A DNA stretch of 64,000 nt from an uncultured Bacteriovoracaceae bacterium (GTDB lineage Bacteria > Bdellovibrionota > Bacteriovoracia > Bacteriovoracales > Bacteriovoracaceae): positions 1 through 64,000 of the forward strand of contig CAXGUD010000001.1 in assembly GCA_964012805.1 (NCBI GenBank), written 5' to 3'. The translations under genes and the position numbers were made by a program. Below, piece after piece: positions 10,453 to 18,693 of the stretch. The notes beneath the pieces are model-generated. The model made no database searches, was not told the origin of the DNA, and was given only the letters and a program-made list of their open reading frames with translations. Each line of letters opens with the position of its first letter. Position 1 is the stretch's first letter.

Positions 10453-11535
10453 TTAAGAAACACCACAAGGTGATTTTAGTAGTGGCCCTCCTAATTCAAA
10501 AACATAGGTCTCGCCCCAATTAGGCTTTAAATAATACACTTCACCTGGGATAAGATTTTCTATACCTCGTTTTTGTACCTGTAATTCAAGGCCATCCTCT
10601 TGCTTAAAGAAAGAAAAAGTTTCCAAACCATCAAATTCCTGATCTACCAACAGTGCCTCTAAGCAATGGTCGTCCTTTTTATTTACTATTTCTATATTTC
10701 CAGGCCTTATGCCTAAAAAGTATTCGCCTAAGCCTACCCCTTTCAAATGAGTGGGAACAGGAAACGAAGACGCTTGCCCTAAAACAAGCTGAGACTCTTG
10801 TACACGACCTCTTAAAAGATTCATGGGAGGCTCACTCATCATCTGAGCGGTCTTAATATTGAGCGGCTTTTCAAATACATTCCGGGCCTTATCGTGCTGA
10901 AGAATCTGACCATCTTGTAAAACAATCGTATCGCCACCCAGACTTAGGGCCTCCCTTGGATCAGCAGTTGCGTAGACAACCGTTGAAGAGCCTTTCTTCA
11001 AAATATCCTTTAATTCTTCACGGAGTTGCTCCCTCAACTTGTAATCGAGGTTGACAAGAGGATCGTCCAAAAGAAGGAGGTCTGCATCCTTCGCCAGGGC
11101 CCTGGCAAAAGCACACCTCTGCTGCTGTCCACCTGATAACTCCGTCGGTAGACGCTTTAAAAAGTCATGTAGCCCAAATAGCTTGGCCAGCTCTTCAACT
11201 TTTTGATTGATTACGCCCTTAGCGCAACCCCTTCTTCTAAGGGGCGATGCAATATTTTCAAAAACTGTTAAGTTTGGGTAGTTAATAAACTCTTGGTATA
11301 CAACAGCTATATTTCTTTTCCTTGGACTCAACCCTGATATATTCACTCCTTTTTGAAGAAGTCTTCCACCACACGGCTTCACAAGACCTGCCAAAACACG
11401 AAGTAACGTCGTTCTTTCTCGGCTTGCAGTCGAAAGAAGACCATGAAGAGTTCCCTCTTCAATTCTGAGGTTTATTCCTGCCAGGATATCTTTTCCTTCA
11501 TCACGTACAGCAATATTTTCCATCACCAAGGCCAT
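10453..11535 (-). CDS. ABC ATPase subunit (GlpS-like) with degenerate Walker motifs
   Basis: VYQEFINYP, LSGGQQQR, PLVNLDYKLRE; Walker A reads STASRERT and Walker B reads LLLLDD. Confidence 0.85.
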   Translation of the reverse strand: MALVMENIAVRDEGKDILAGINLRIEEGTLHGLLSTASRERTTLLRVLAGLVKPCGGRLLQKGVNISGLSPRKRNIAVVYQEFINYPNLTVFENIASPLRRRGCAKGVINQKVEELAKLFGLHDFLKRLPTELSGGQQQRCAFARALAKDADLLLLDDPLVNLDYKLREQLREELKDILKKGSSTVVYATADPREALSLGGDTIVLQDGQILQHDKARNVFEKPLNIKTAQMMSEPPMNLLRGRVQESQLVLGQASSFPVPTHLKGVGLGEYFLGIRPGNIEIVNKKDDHCLEALLVDQEFDGLETFSFFKQEDGLELQVQKRGIENLIPGEVYYLKPNWGETYVFELGGPLLKSPCGVS

Positions 11536-11718
11536 GATTGGAATTTCCTTTACTAGAATTAAGGACCTTTAGTCCCTAAAACAATTTCATTAACTTGAGT
11601 TAAATTGAGTAAGGGCGAGTTTAGAACAAGAGTCTTATCATTTCAAGAAATCCTATCAGGAATAATAAATCCTTGATCAAGAAAAGTTAAACGCGCTGTC
11701 TCCTAAGCAGTGGGGACC

Positions 11719-12093
11719 TCAGAGAGAGTCCAAAAGCTCATAGAGTTCTTCGAGAATTAAAGGCTTTTGAAGAAAGAAACTTAAAGACAAAGAAGATGCC
11801 AAAGCTTTTACTTCTTTAATATTTCCTGAGATAAAGACAATGATAGTATTTTGATTCGGCCCATCAGAGTTCCTGATATCCACGGCCAAATTTGCACCTT
11901 TAATCACAGGCATCCTGTGGTCTAAAAAAATAACATCAAAAGCTTCATTATCAAGAAGATCTTTATATTGGTCTTTTTCACTAGCGATAGAAACTTCATA
12001 TGAAGATCTGAGTTCAAGACCTTGCTTAAGCATTTCAAGAATTTCTTCTTCGTCGTCAATAATAAGTATCTTTTTTTTGCCCATAAAACCCAC
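11719..12093 (-). CDS. Single-domain response regulator
   Basis: ILIIDDE, FLDHRMP (phosphoacceptor Asp), FISG, LQKP. Confidence 0.85.
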   Translation of the reverse strand: MGFMGKKKILIIDDEEEILEMLKQGLELRSSYEVSIASEKDQYKDLLDNEAFDVIFLDHRMPVIKGANLAVDIRNSDGPNQNTIIVFISGNIKEVKALASSLSLSFFLQKPLILEELYELLDSL

Positions 12094-12263
12094 CTGGCTT
12101 ACCTGACTACACCGTTTAAGTAATAAACCGATTTCTTTTTCAATTTTACCTGAAATCCAAAAAGATTGAAGGCGTTATCTTTCCATTGTGATAGAAAAGA
12201 TCACAGAACTCATTTAGAAAACTGTTTTAGTCTCTTTCTTTCTATGGCCACCAAATAAAAACC

Positions 12264-12290
12264 TTTAATAATTTTATTTAAAGTCGACAA
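12264..12290 (+). promoter_or_regulatory. Candidate sigma28 (FliA)-type promoter of the motor operon
   Basis: TTTA(AT)-N15-GTCGACAA ending 54 bp before the 12344 start; resembles TAAA-N15-GCCGATAA and similar motifs elsewhere in the window. Confidence 0.4.
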
Positions 12291-12343
12291 GAACTAACAA
12301 TAAGGAATTGTTTTTTAGAAGTTTTAATTTCTAAAACCGGAGT

Positions 12344-13408
12344 TTGAAGGAAAATAAAAAAAAAATGCATAGAACAATTAAATCATTCACCCTTATTGTA
12401 TTTCTTATCCTGATCATACTACAAGACAGATCAAAAGCCGCATCTGAGAAGACCGCTTCCCCCGTTTATAATACTTTTGAATACTTGCTAGGAGAATTCA
12501 AAGCAGATATTGATGGTCTTGCAAAAAAAGTTAGTAATTCGATCCTTCTTAAAGTTTCAGTTGAAGGAGATATAGATAAAACCTTTAATAGGCATGTTAG
12601 GCGGTCTTTAGAGTCTTTTCGCATTAAAGGAAAAAAGTTTCGCTTCCGCCAATGTAAGGCCTGTACTTCTTTAAGGGCCGAAACGATAGGCAATCAAATA
12701 TACCTTAAAAAGGGAATTACAGAATTTAAGGATATTCAGGAAATCACTCAAAAACTTGGAACAATGTCTTACGCGGAAGCAAGTGTCGAGGATACCGGAA
12801 CAAGGCTCATTTTTAAGGTTTCTTTTTTTAGCTCGCTCAATGCAGAACTTCTTTGGAGTAAAACCTATCAAATGAGGCTCGTCAGCTTTGGTGACCTCAG
12901 TTTTACAGCAGCGCTTGAAGTTAAACAGGCCTTTGGAAGAAATAGCCCTCTTCTTTTTAATGCCTCTTTTGGTGAAAAAATCTATGGTATAGGCCTTATT
13001 GACCTCAATGTCACACTAGGCTTAGCATCAGGGAAAGATAACCCCGAGCAAAAAAAAGGTAGTAGTATCGTCCTTAACCCCAATGAAGATTATGTGAACA
13101 GTTACTTTGCTATAGGGCCAAGGTTAACAGTTAACATTAACGAATTTTTTCAAATGTATTCAAACTGGGGAAGTCAGTTTATCTATGCAGGAACCGGTTT
13201 TTGCCAATACACTCGATTGAAAACAAGCAACGATACAGAAGCACCTACTGGAAAATGGGGCCTTCATATTGAAGCGGGGTATGGAGTTCATCTGGGTAGA
13301 ACTTTTCTCATCACAGCAGGTTTAAACAAAGGTCTTTTTCTCAGTTCAGATGACAAAGATCAGGATTATCCTCTTCTCTTTAATATAGGATTTGGATTTA
13401 GGTTTTAA
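12344..13408 (+). CDS. Exported protein with periplasmic CxxC alpha/beta domain and C-terminal outer-membrane barrel
   Basis: Hydrophobic leader; CKAC; LIFKVSFF…ELLWSKTY (CsgG/TolB-N-like ending); beta-strands ending FNIGFGFRF; true start may be the ATG at 12365. Confidence 0.55.
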   Translation: MKENKKKMHRTIKSFTLIVFLILIILQDRSKAASEKTASPVYNTFEYLLGEFKADIDGLAKKVSNSILLKVSVEGDIDKTFNRHVRRSLESFRIKGKKFRFRQCKACTSLRAETIGNQIYLKKGITEFKDIQEITQKLGTMSYAEASVEDTGTRLIFKVSFFSSLNAELLWSKTYQMRLVSFGDLSFTAALEVKQAFGRNSPLLFNASFGEKIYGIGLIDLNVTLGLASGKDNPEQKKGSSIVLNPNEDYVNSYFAIGPRLTVNINEFFQMYSNWGSQFIYAGTGFCQYTRLKTSNDTEAPTGKWGLHIEAGYGVHLGRTFLITAGLNKGLFLSSDDKDQDYPLLFNIGFGFRF

Positions 13409-13427
13409 TTTAAGCAAGCATTTTTGA

Positions 13428-14123
13428 ATGAGTGTTATCCCCAAAAAGAGAAAAACCATGATGAAAAAATTATTAATTTCTTTTTTTATCCTTGGACCGT
13501 TAACTCAATTGAGTTTCTCTCAAACATCAATCAAAGAAAAAGACGGCTATATCATCATAAAAGAAGGAAAAAGCCGGGTTCAACTCAACCTTCCGGAAGA
13601 AATGAAAGGAGCTGATTCCTACATTATAAAGGTGAACAAACTTACAGACTCCAAATCTATTAACGCCGACATTTTAAACCGATCGAAAAACCTAGGTCTT
13701 TTTAAAAAAACAAAGGATGATCTTAAAAAAGGAGCCGTTAACGAAGCCCTTAAAATTGAATTAATCAAAAAAAGCAATGAAGGAACTTTGAGTAAAAAAG
13801 AATTAAAGCTTCTCAATGACTTAAAGGATCAAGAAAAAGATATTAACAAGAAAAAGAATTTAGATGTTATCACAAACCTTGCCATTGAGAGTTATCTTAA
13901 AAAGGCTAATGACGCCTACAATGCGAAAAATTATAAAAAGGCCCTTCATTACTCGGAAATGGCCGATCAATTAGACTCTAAAAATTATCGAATCAAGGCC
14001 ATGATAGGTTCACTTCACTACCGATTAGGAAATGACCAACTCGCCAAAAAGTATTGGACGGATTCGCTAAAGTTCAACCCCAACCAACCGAATATTAAGC
14101 TGTACATGAGAAAAATAAGGTAA
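13428..14123 (+). CDS. Exported TPR-domain protein
   Basis: Signal-like N-terminus; TPR helices ANDAYNAKNYKKALHY and GSLHYRLGNDQLAKKYW..SLKFNP. Confidence 0.75.
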   Translation: MSVIPKKRKTMMKKLLISFFILGPLTQLSFSQTSIKEKDGYIIIKEGKSRVQLNLPEEMKGADSYIIKVNKLTDSKSINADILNRSKNLGLFKKTKDDLKKGAVNEALKIELIKKSNEGTLSKKELKLLNDLKDQEKDINKKKNLDVITNLAIESYLKKANDAYNAKNYKKALHYSEMADQLDSKNYRIKAMIGSLHYRLGNDQLAKKYWTDSLKFNPNQPNIKLYMRKIR

Positions 14124-14198
14124 TTTTTTTAAAAGTGACAAACGTTTCAATCTTAAATGACTTACCTTTTAAGACTGTTCGTTTATGAAGAGATGTAA

Positions 14199-16007
14199 AT
14201 GAGGCTTAATTTAAAATTAAAATATTTATGGATCTTCTTAATTTTTCTTCTCTTCAGCGGGCCTAAAGGTGCTTTTACACAAGAAGCATCTCTTATGAGG
14301 AACCAACTTCAGCTCGAAAGTGAACTTAATTCACAAGTAAGAAAAGAGCTCCTCCAAGTTTTCAAAAAAGAGGAATTTATTATCTCTTCCTCTATAAAAT
14401 TAAAAAGTTACAGAGTTACAAAAGTTCTGGAACAAGAAAGCCAAATAAACAAACAACCTAAAAAAAAGGGAAGTGAGCAAGAAATACTGCCAGGTTTTTA
14501 CGATTCTGCCCCCTCAATAACAAACGAAATGGCCAATGAACAAGTAAGAAAAGTATATGGCCACGAAACAAAAACTGAATTAGAAAAGGCCCAATTGAAG
14601 ATTTTAGTCGATGAAAGCGTAACAGATACCAGGCTTGACGCAGCAAAAAAATTACTCACTCAAAGGTTAACAAATAGCTTTGGAGGAAAAATTGACATCC
14701 AATTCCTCCCAGCTGTCCTCAAATCAAAATTAGCACCAGTTCCTTTTTACCAAGAGTTTACTGGATACCTAAAGGATAATATGGGACTGCTTCTCCTGTT
14801 TTTTTGTTCACTTATCTTTCTTTTTGTCCTTGCTTCTTTAATCAACCGTATAAGGCCAAAAGATCAAATGCCTCCGGTTTGGTCATATAACCCACCTATG
14901 ACACCCCCAATAGATTCAATGGGAGGCTTTGGTGGCCCCCCTCCTCTTCCTGGAGGAGGTCAAAGACCTCATATAGAATTAGGCCCCAACACTCTTCCCC
15001 TACCAGGAAGTCATGAAAAAGAACTTGATGAATTAGAAATAGACAAAAAAATAAACAAATTTGTTAGCGTTATATGCAAAGAACCTTTTGTCACAAGAAA
15101 GTTTTTTCAGACCCTTGATAGAGATAATCAAAAAAGCTTTATGGCGCTTTTTACAAGTAAGAGTTCAAAAGTGGCGCTTGGAGAATTTTTTGGAGAAACA
15201 CTTTTAGGACCAGAAGCAGGCGATATTGCCAGTCTGGACAATGAGATGGACCTTGAGGAAAAAGCCGAATTTTTAGAGTTTATCTCTCTAGAACATGATA
15301 GATTTAAAAACCTTATGGCCATCAAAAATGGCCAGCGTTTTTCTATTTTATCTCTTATGAATGATAAGGAACTTCAATACGTCTTTTCGAATGAGTCCCC
15401 CAGAGATATTGCTTTTCTCCTTCACTTTCTTCCAAGAGACTCCATTTCTGGTGTTTTAAGCAGGATGGATAGCGAACAGAAAACTGAAATTATTTTAAAC
15501 TTGAAAAAGTCCTCTCAATTATCAGGAGAAGATGAAAGAGAAATTGAAGAAAGGCTTAATAAAAAAATTAATACTTTTGCCTCAAGCGCTTTTTCAACTT
15601 TCATGAGTGAAGACTCCTTAGTTGGAAGTATCTTAGATGAGTCCGATAATGCCCAAGAAATTTTAGATAGAATATCAAGTAAAGATAAAAACCTTGCTAA
15701 AAGCTTCAAATCCCACTCATTAAACTTTGATTATTTTATAGAAAATGAATTGGACTCTCTTGCAAGAATTTTTGAAACAATACCAAATGAAATGTTGGCC
15801 TTAAGCCTTATCGAATATGGTAAAGATGAAAGATCAACAATTTTAGAAGCACTTTCCCCCACAAGGAGAAAAGTCATCGCTTCTTCAATGCTCATGAACT
15901 CAAAAGCATCACACGAAGAAATAAGAAAAGCCAAATTAGAGTCATCTAAGATTGCTCGGAAAACCTATCAATTATTACAAAGAAATAAAATGGGTAAGGC
16001 ATCATGA
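14199..16007 (+). CDS. FliF-like ring domain + TM + FliG (middle and C-terminal) fusion protein
   Basis: Signal peptide; periplasmic LESELNSQVRKEL…ILPGF…LKILVD…IDIQF (FliF RBM3-like); TM GLLLLFFCSLIFLFVLA; Pro/Gly linker; FliG-M-like FSILSLMNDKEL…NESPRDIAFLLHFLP; FliG-C-like LNFDYF…LALSL…ALSPTRR…EEIRKA. Confidence 0.75.
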   Translation: MRLNLKLKYLWIFLIFLLFSGPKGAFTQEASLMRNQLQLESELNSQVRKELLQVFKKEEFIISSSIKLKSYRVTKVLEQESQINKQPKKKGSEQEILPGFYDSAPSITNEMANEQVRKVYGHETKTELEKAQLKILVDESVTDTRLDAAKKLLTQRLTNSFGGKIDIQFLPAVLKSKLAPVPFYQEFTGYLKDNMGLLLLFFCSLIFLFVLASLINRIRPKDQMPPVWSYNPPMTPPIDSMGGFGGPPPLPGGGQRPHIELGPNTLPLPGSHEKELDELEIDKKINKFVSVICKEPFVTRKFFQTLDRDNQKSFMALFTSKSSKVALGEFFGETLLGPEAGDIASLDNEMDLEEKAEFLEFISLEHDRFKNLMAIKNGQRFSILSLMNDKELQYVFSNESPRDIAFLLHFLPRDSISGVLSRMDSEQKTEIILNLKKSSQLSGEDEREIEERLNKKINTFASSAFSTFMSEDSLVGSILDESDNAQEILDRISSKDKNLAKSFKSHSLNFDYFIENELDSLARIFETIPNEMLALSLIEYGKDERSTILEALSPTRRKVIASSMLMNSKASHEEIRKAKLESSKIARKTYQLLQRNKMGKAS

Positions 16008-16061
16008 ATGAAGATAAGGAAAAAAATAGTTTTATAAAACCAAACAAAATAAAGGTCTAAA

Positions 16062-16811
16062 ATGCTAGCGAGATTACTACAACTCCCCTTCAGAATTTTG
16101 GGAATAGCCTTGATTTTGGCCGGGACCTATATTTGTGTTAAGTATGATGTGAAGCCTTCTTATTACGGTATTTACCATCCACCATCTCTTGCCCTTGTTG
16201 GTTTAGTTTTGGCCGGTGTGGCGATGTTCAGCTATAAAATTCAAACACTCTTTAGTATTTTCTTAGGTTGCTTAGGTGAATCACCCAGTTCATGCCGCTC
16301 CTATTTTCAAATCATGGAAAAAAAACTACCGGAACTTATTGACGTTTACTTTAGTGAAGGGCCCTCGGCACTAACCTCTCGCCTCCCTAACGGGTCAGAA
16401 AAAGAGCTTTGGCTTCAGGTCTTTACTAAGTTAGAAGCACAAATTTCACCAAGTGATTTGATTCAGGTTATGAATAAATATGCTTCTGACTATAAATCAA
16501 GAATCAATAGAGAAGTTTTAGTCGCCGGAACGGTAGGAAGTTTGGCCCCAACAATAGGTGTTTTAGGTACAGTTTTGGGCCTTATAAAACTTTTAGGGAA
16601 CCTTCAGGACTTTTCAAGCTTGGGTTCTAATATGGCCTTGGCACTGATAACAACTCTTTATGGAATTGTTTTCAATGCGCTTCTCATAACTCCCGTTGTA
16701 GGTCGGTTAGAGGAATATAGGACCTTTAGGCTTCAAATTTTTAGACAGATAATTTATTGGCTTGAATGCCTGGAACAAAAAAGAGCAGGCAGTGTTATAG
16801 AGCATAAATAG
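16062..16811 (+). CDS. motA: MotA/PomA-family stator subunit
   Basis: APTIGVLGTVLGLI.LL.NL.D.SSLG..MALALITTLYG..N….P TM3-TM4 signature. Confidence 0.9.
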   Translation: MLARLLQLPFRILGIALILAGTYICVKYDVKPSYYGIYHPPSLALVGLVLAGVAMFSYKIQTLFSIFLGCLGESPSSCRSYFQIMEKKLPELIDVYFSEGPSALTSRLPNGSEKELWLQVFTKLEAQISPSDLIQVMNKYASDYKSRINREVLVAGTVGSLAPTIGVLGTVLGLIKLLGNLQDFSSLGSNMALALITTLYGIVFNALLITPVVGRLEEYRTFRLQIFRQIIYWLECLEQKRAGSVIEHK

Positions 16812-16841
16812 TCTATAAAAAATAAGGAGTCACAACTCCAG

Positions 16842-17534
16842 ATGACCAAAAAACGTCATAAGGAAAAAGCTTCCTCTTTCGATGATGACCAAGAAAGCGG
16901 AGCTGAGAGCATTTCTAAATCTAGCTGGGCCGCATCCTATGGTGATGTTGTTAGTGTTCTTTTGTGTTTTTTTATCATCCTTTCAACAACAAGTAATATG
17001 AATTCAAAAAATGTTGAAAAAATGAAAGAGGCCATGAGTGATGAAACACCTCAAGGTAAAAAGAAAAAGCTCAAATCAAAAGACGTCATGAAAAAACTCA
17101 AAGAGATAATTAAAATAAAAAATCTTCAGAAGGATATCACTCTTGTAGAGGAACTTGACGGAACAAAGCTCATTATTAATGATCGTCTTCTTTTTTCTTC
17201 AGGAGGCGCAAAAATCATGCCTGAAAACATCGGAGAAATAAGAGAAATTATAAGAAGCTTTATCGACCTACCACCTCACTACCGGTTTAAAGTCGAAGGC
17301 CATACAGATGATGTTCCCATCAAAAGTAGAAAATTTCCTACAAATTGGCACCTCTCAGTTTCAAGGGCCCTTTCTCTTTTACAAGTTTTTCTTCAAGAAG
17401 GTATTTATGAAAAAAGACTAAGCTTCCATGGCTTTGCTTCATTCCAACCTCTTGCAAAAACTGAGGGGCTTCAGGGTGAAGACCTTAGAAAGGCCAGAAA
17501 AAAGAACAGAAGAGTTGTCATTAAGGTTTACTGA
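16842..17534 (+). CDS. motB: MotB/PomB-family stator subunit with OmpA-like peptidoglycan-binding domain
   Basis: W..SYGDVVSVLLCFF (essential Asp), LFSSGGA, VEGHTDDVP, NWHLS..RA, NRRVVI. Confidence 0.92.
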   Translation: MTKKRHKEKASSFDDDQESGAESISKSSWAASYGDVVSVLLCFFIILSTTSNMNSKNVEKMKEAMSDETPQGKKKKLKSKDVMKKLKEIIKIKNLQKDITLVEELDGTKLIINDRLLFSSGGAKIMPENIGEIREIIRSFIDLPPHYRFKVEGHTDDVPIKSRKFPTNWHLSVSRALSLLQVFLQEGIYEKRLSFHGFASFQPLAKTEGLQGEDLRKARKKNRRVVIKVY

Positions 17535-17587
17535 CTCAACAATCATCCATTAAAATAACTTATCAACAAAGAAGATGAATTTATTTT

Positions 17588-18676
17588 ATGAAAAAGAAAC
17601 ACCCATTTTTTTTGGGACTTTGTATTAAGGTCCTTCTTTTTACCATAATTTCTCCTTTCGGGGAAGCTGCAACGAACTTTTTTAAAATCACAAACATTAA
17701 TTCAGGGGGTGATCCACTTGTTAACGCTGCACTTTTGGAATTTGAATCCAATGTCAATCAAAATCTTCCTTCAATAGAAAGTACTGACCTGACAACAGAT
17801 ACAGTCAACTCCAATATCATCTCTAATAAGGGACTTGGAGTTGACTATACAAACTCCATGAAACGTTTTTTGGTAGGCTGGTCTCAAAGTGCTTCAGTTA
17901 ATGTCGGAAGCAGTGAAAATATCCTAAGTGGGGCCAAAACCGTAAAAGGTTTTGGAATGGCAACCCAATTTAACTTAGGGTTTAACCTTCAACCTTTAAA
18001 GAAACGTAAATTGATCAACCTACCTTCATTTTGGGGTCTCGACCTTAATAACTCAAAAATTTTTATGGGCCTAATGACCGGACGAACAAGCCAAAAAGTA
18101 AGTGGTTATACACTCGGCTTCGAAATTTTTACCGCCAACCTCCGTATTATGACGAAGCTCAAAAAAGCTGAAGACTTCAAAAGCTACTTTTTTAAGTGGG
18201 GTGGTATTGACTTAAGCACAGGGCTCGAAACTAATAAAACAGCCCTCTCAGTCAGTGTGCCAAGAAATGAGTCAATTACGGCTTCCAATTCATACAAAAC
18301 AACTTTTGACGGCATAGTTGGCTTTAAGGTCGATTCCTCAAGTTTTAGTATTCCTCTTGAAGTCTCAGCCAGTGCAACCTTCTTTTCTTTTATCGATTTG
18401 TTTTGGGGCCTTGGTACTGATTTAAACTTTGGGTATGGAAGGGGCTCGAGTTTTTCAGACTCTAATGTCTTGATCTTTGATAACTTAAATAACCAAGTTG
18501 GAACTGCTGACGCCGAGTTCAATGTAGGCTCAACAGGGTCCCCCTCAATCTTGAATGCTCGGTGGTTTGCTGGGACCCAAGTTAACCTATGGAAAATGAA
18601 AGTTTCACTTCAAGCACAACATTCTATGATCCACGGGATTTGGGGCTTTGGAGGTAATTTTAACTTCATTTTTTAA
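17588..18676 (+). CDS. Outer-membrane beta-barrel / surface protein (possibly Lsa36-like)
   Basis: Signal peptide; SNKGLGVDY; many amphipathic beta-strands; C-terminal GGNFNFIF. Confidence 0.55.
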   Translation: MKKKHPFFLGLCIKVLLFTIISPFGEAATNFFKITNINSGGDPLVNAALLEFESNVNQNLPSIESTDLTTDTVNSNIISNKGLGVDYTNSMKRFLVGWSQSASVNVGSSENILSGAKTVKGFGMATQFNLGFNLQPLKKRKLINLPSFWGLDLNNSKIFMGLMTGRTSQKVSGYTLGFEIFTANLRIMTKLKKAEDFKSYFFKWGGIDLSTGLETNKTALSVSVPRNESITASNSYKTTFDGIVGFKVDSSSFSIPLEVSASATFFSFIDLFWGLGTDLNFGYGRGSSFSDSNVLIFDNLNNQVGTADAEFNVGSTGSPSILNARWFAGTQVNLWKMKVSLQAQHSMIHGIWGFGGNFNFIF

Positions 18677-18693
18677 GTATTCGGATTCTTTCT

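Noticed and set aside
12344..18676. Ordinary flagellar gene cluster or Tol/Exb/Zorya system
   Set aside because: No other fli/flg/flh genes are present; the A subunit is a short MotA/PomA type without a ZorA tail; the B subunit has MotB TM and OmpA motifs rather than ExbD/TolR; no TonB or ZorC/D/E genes.
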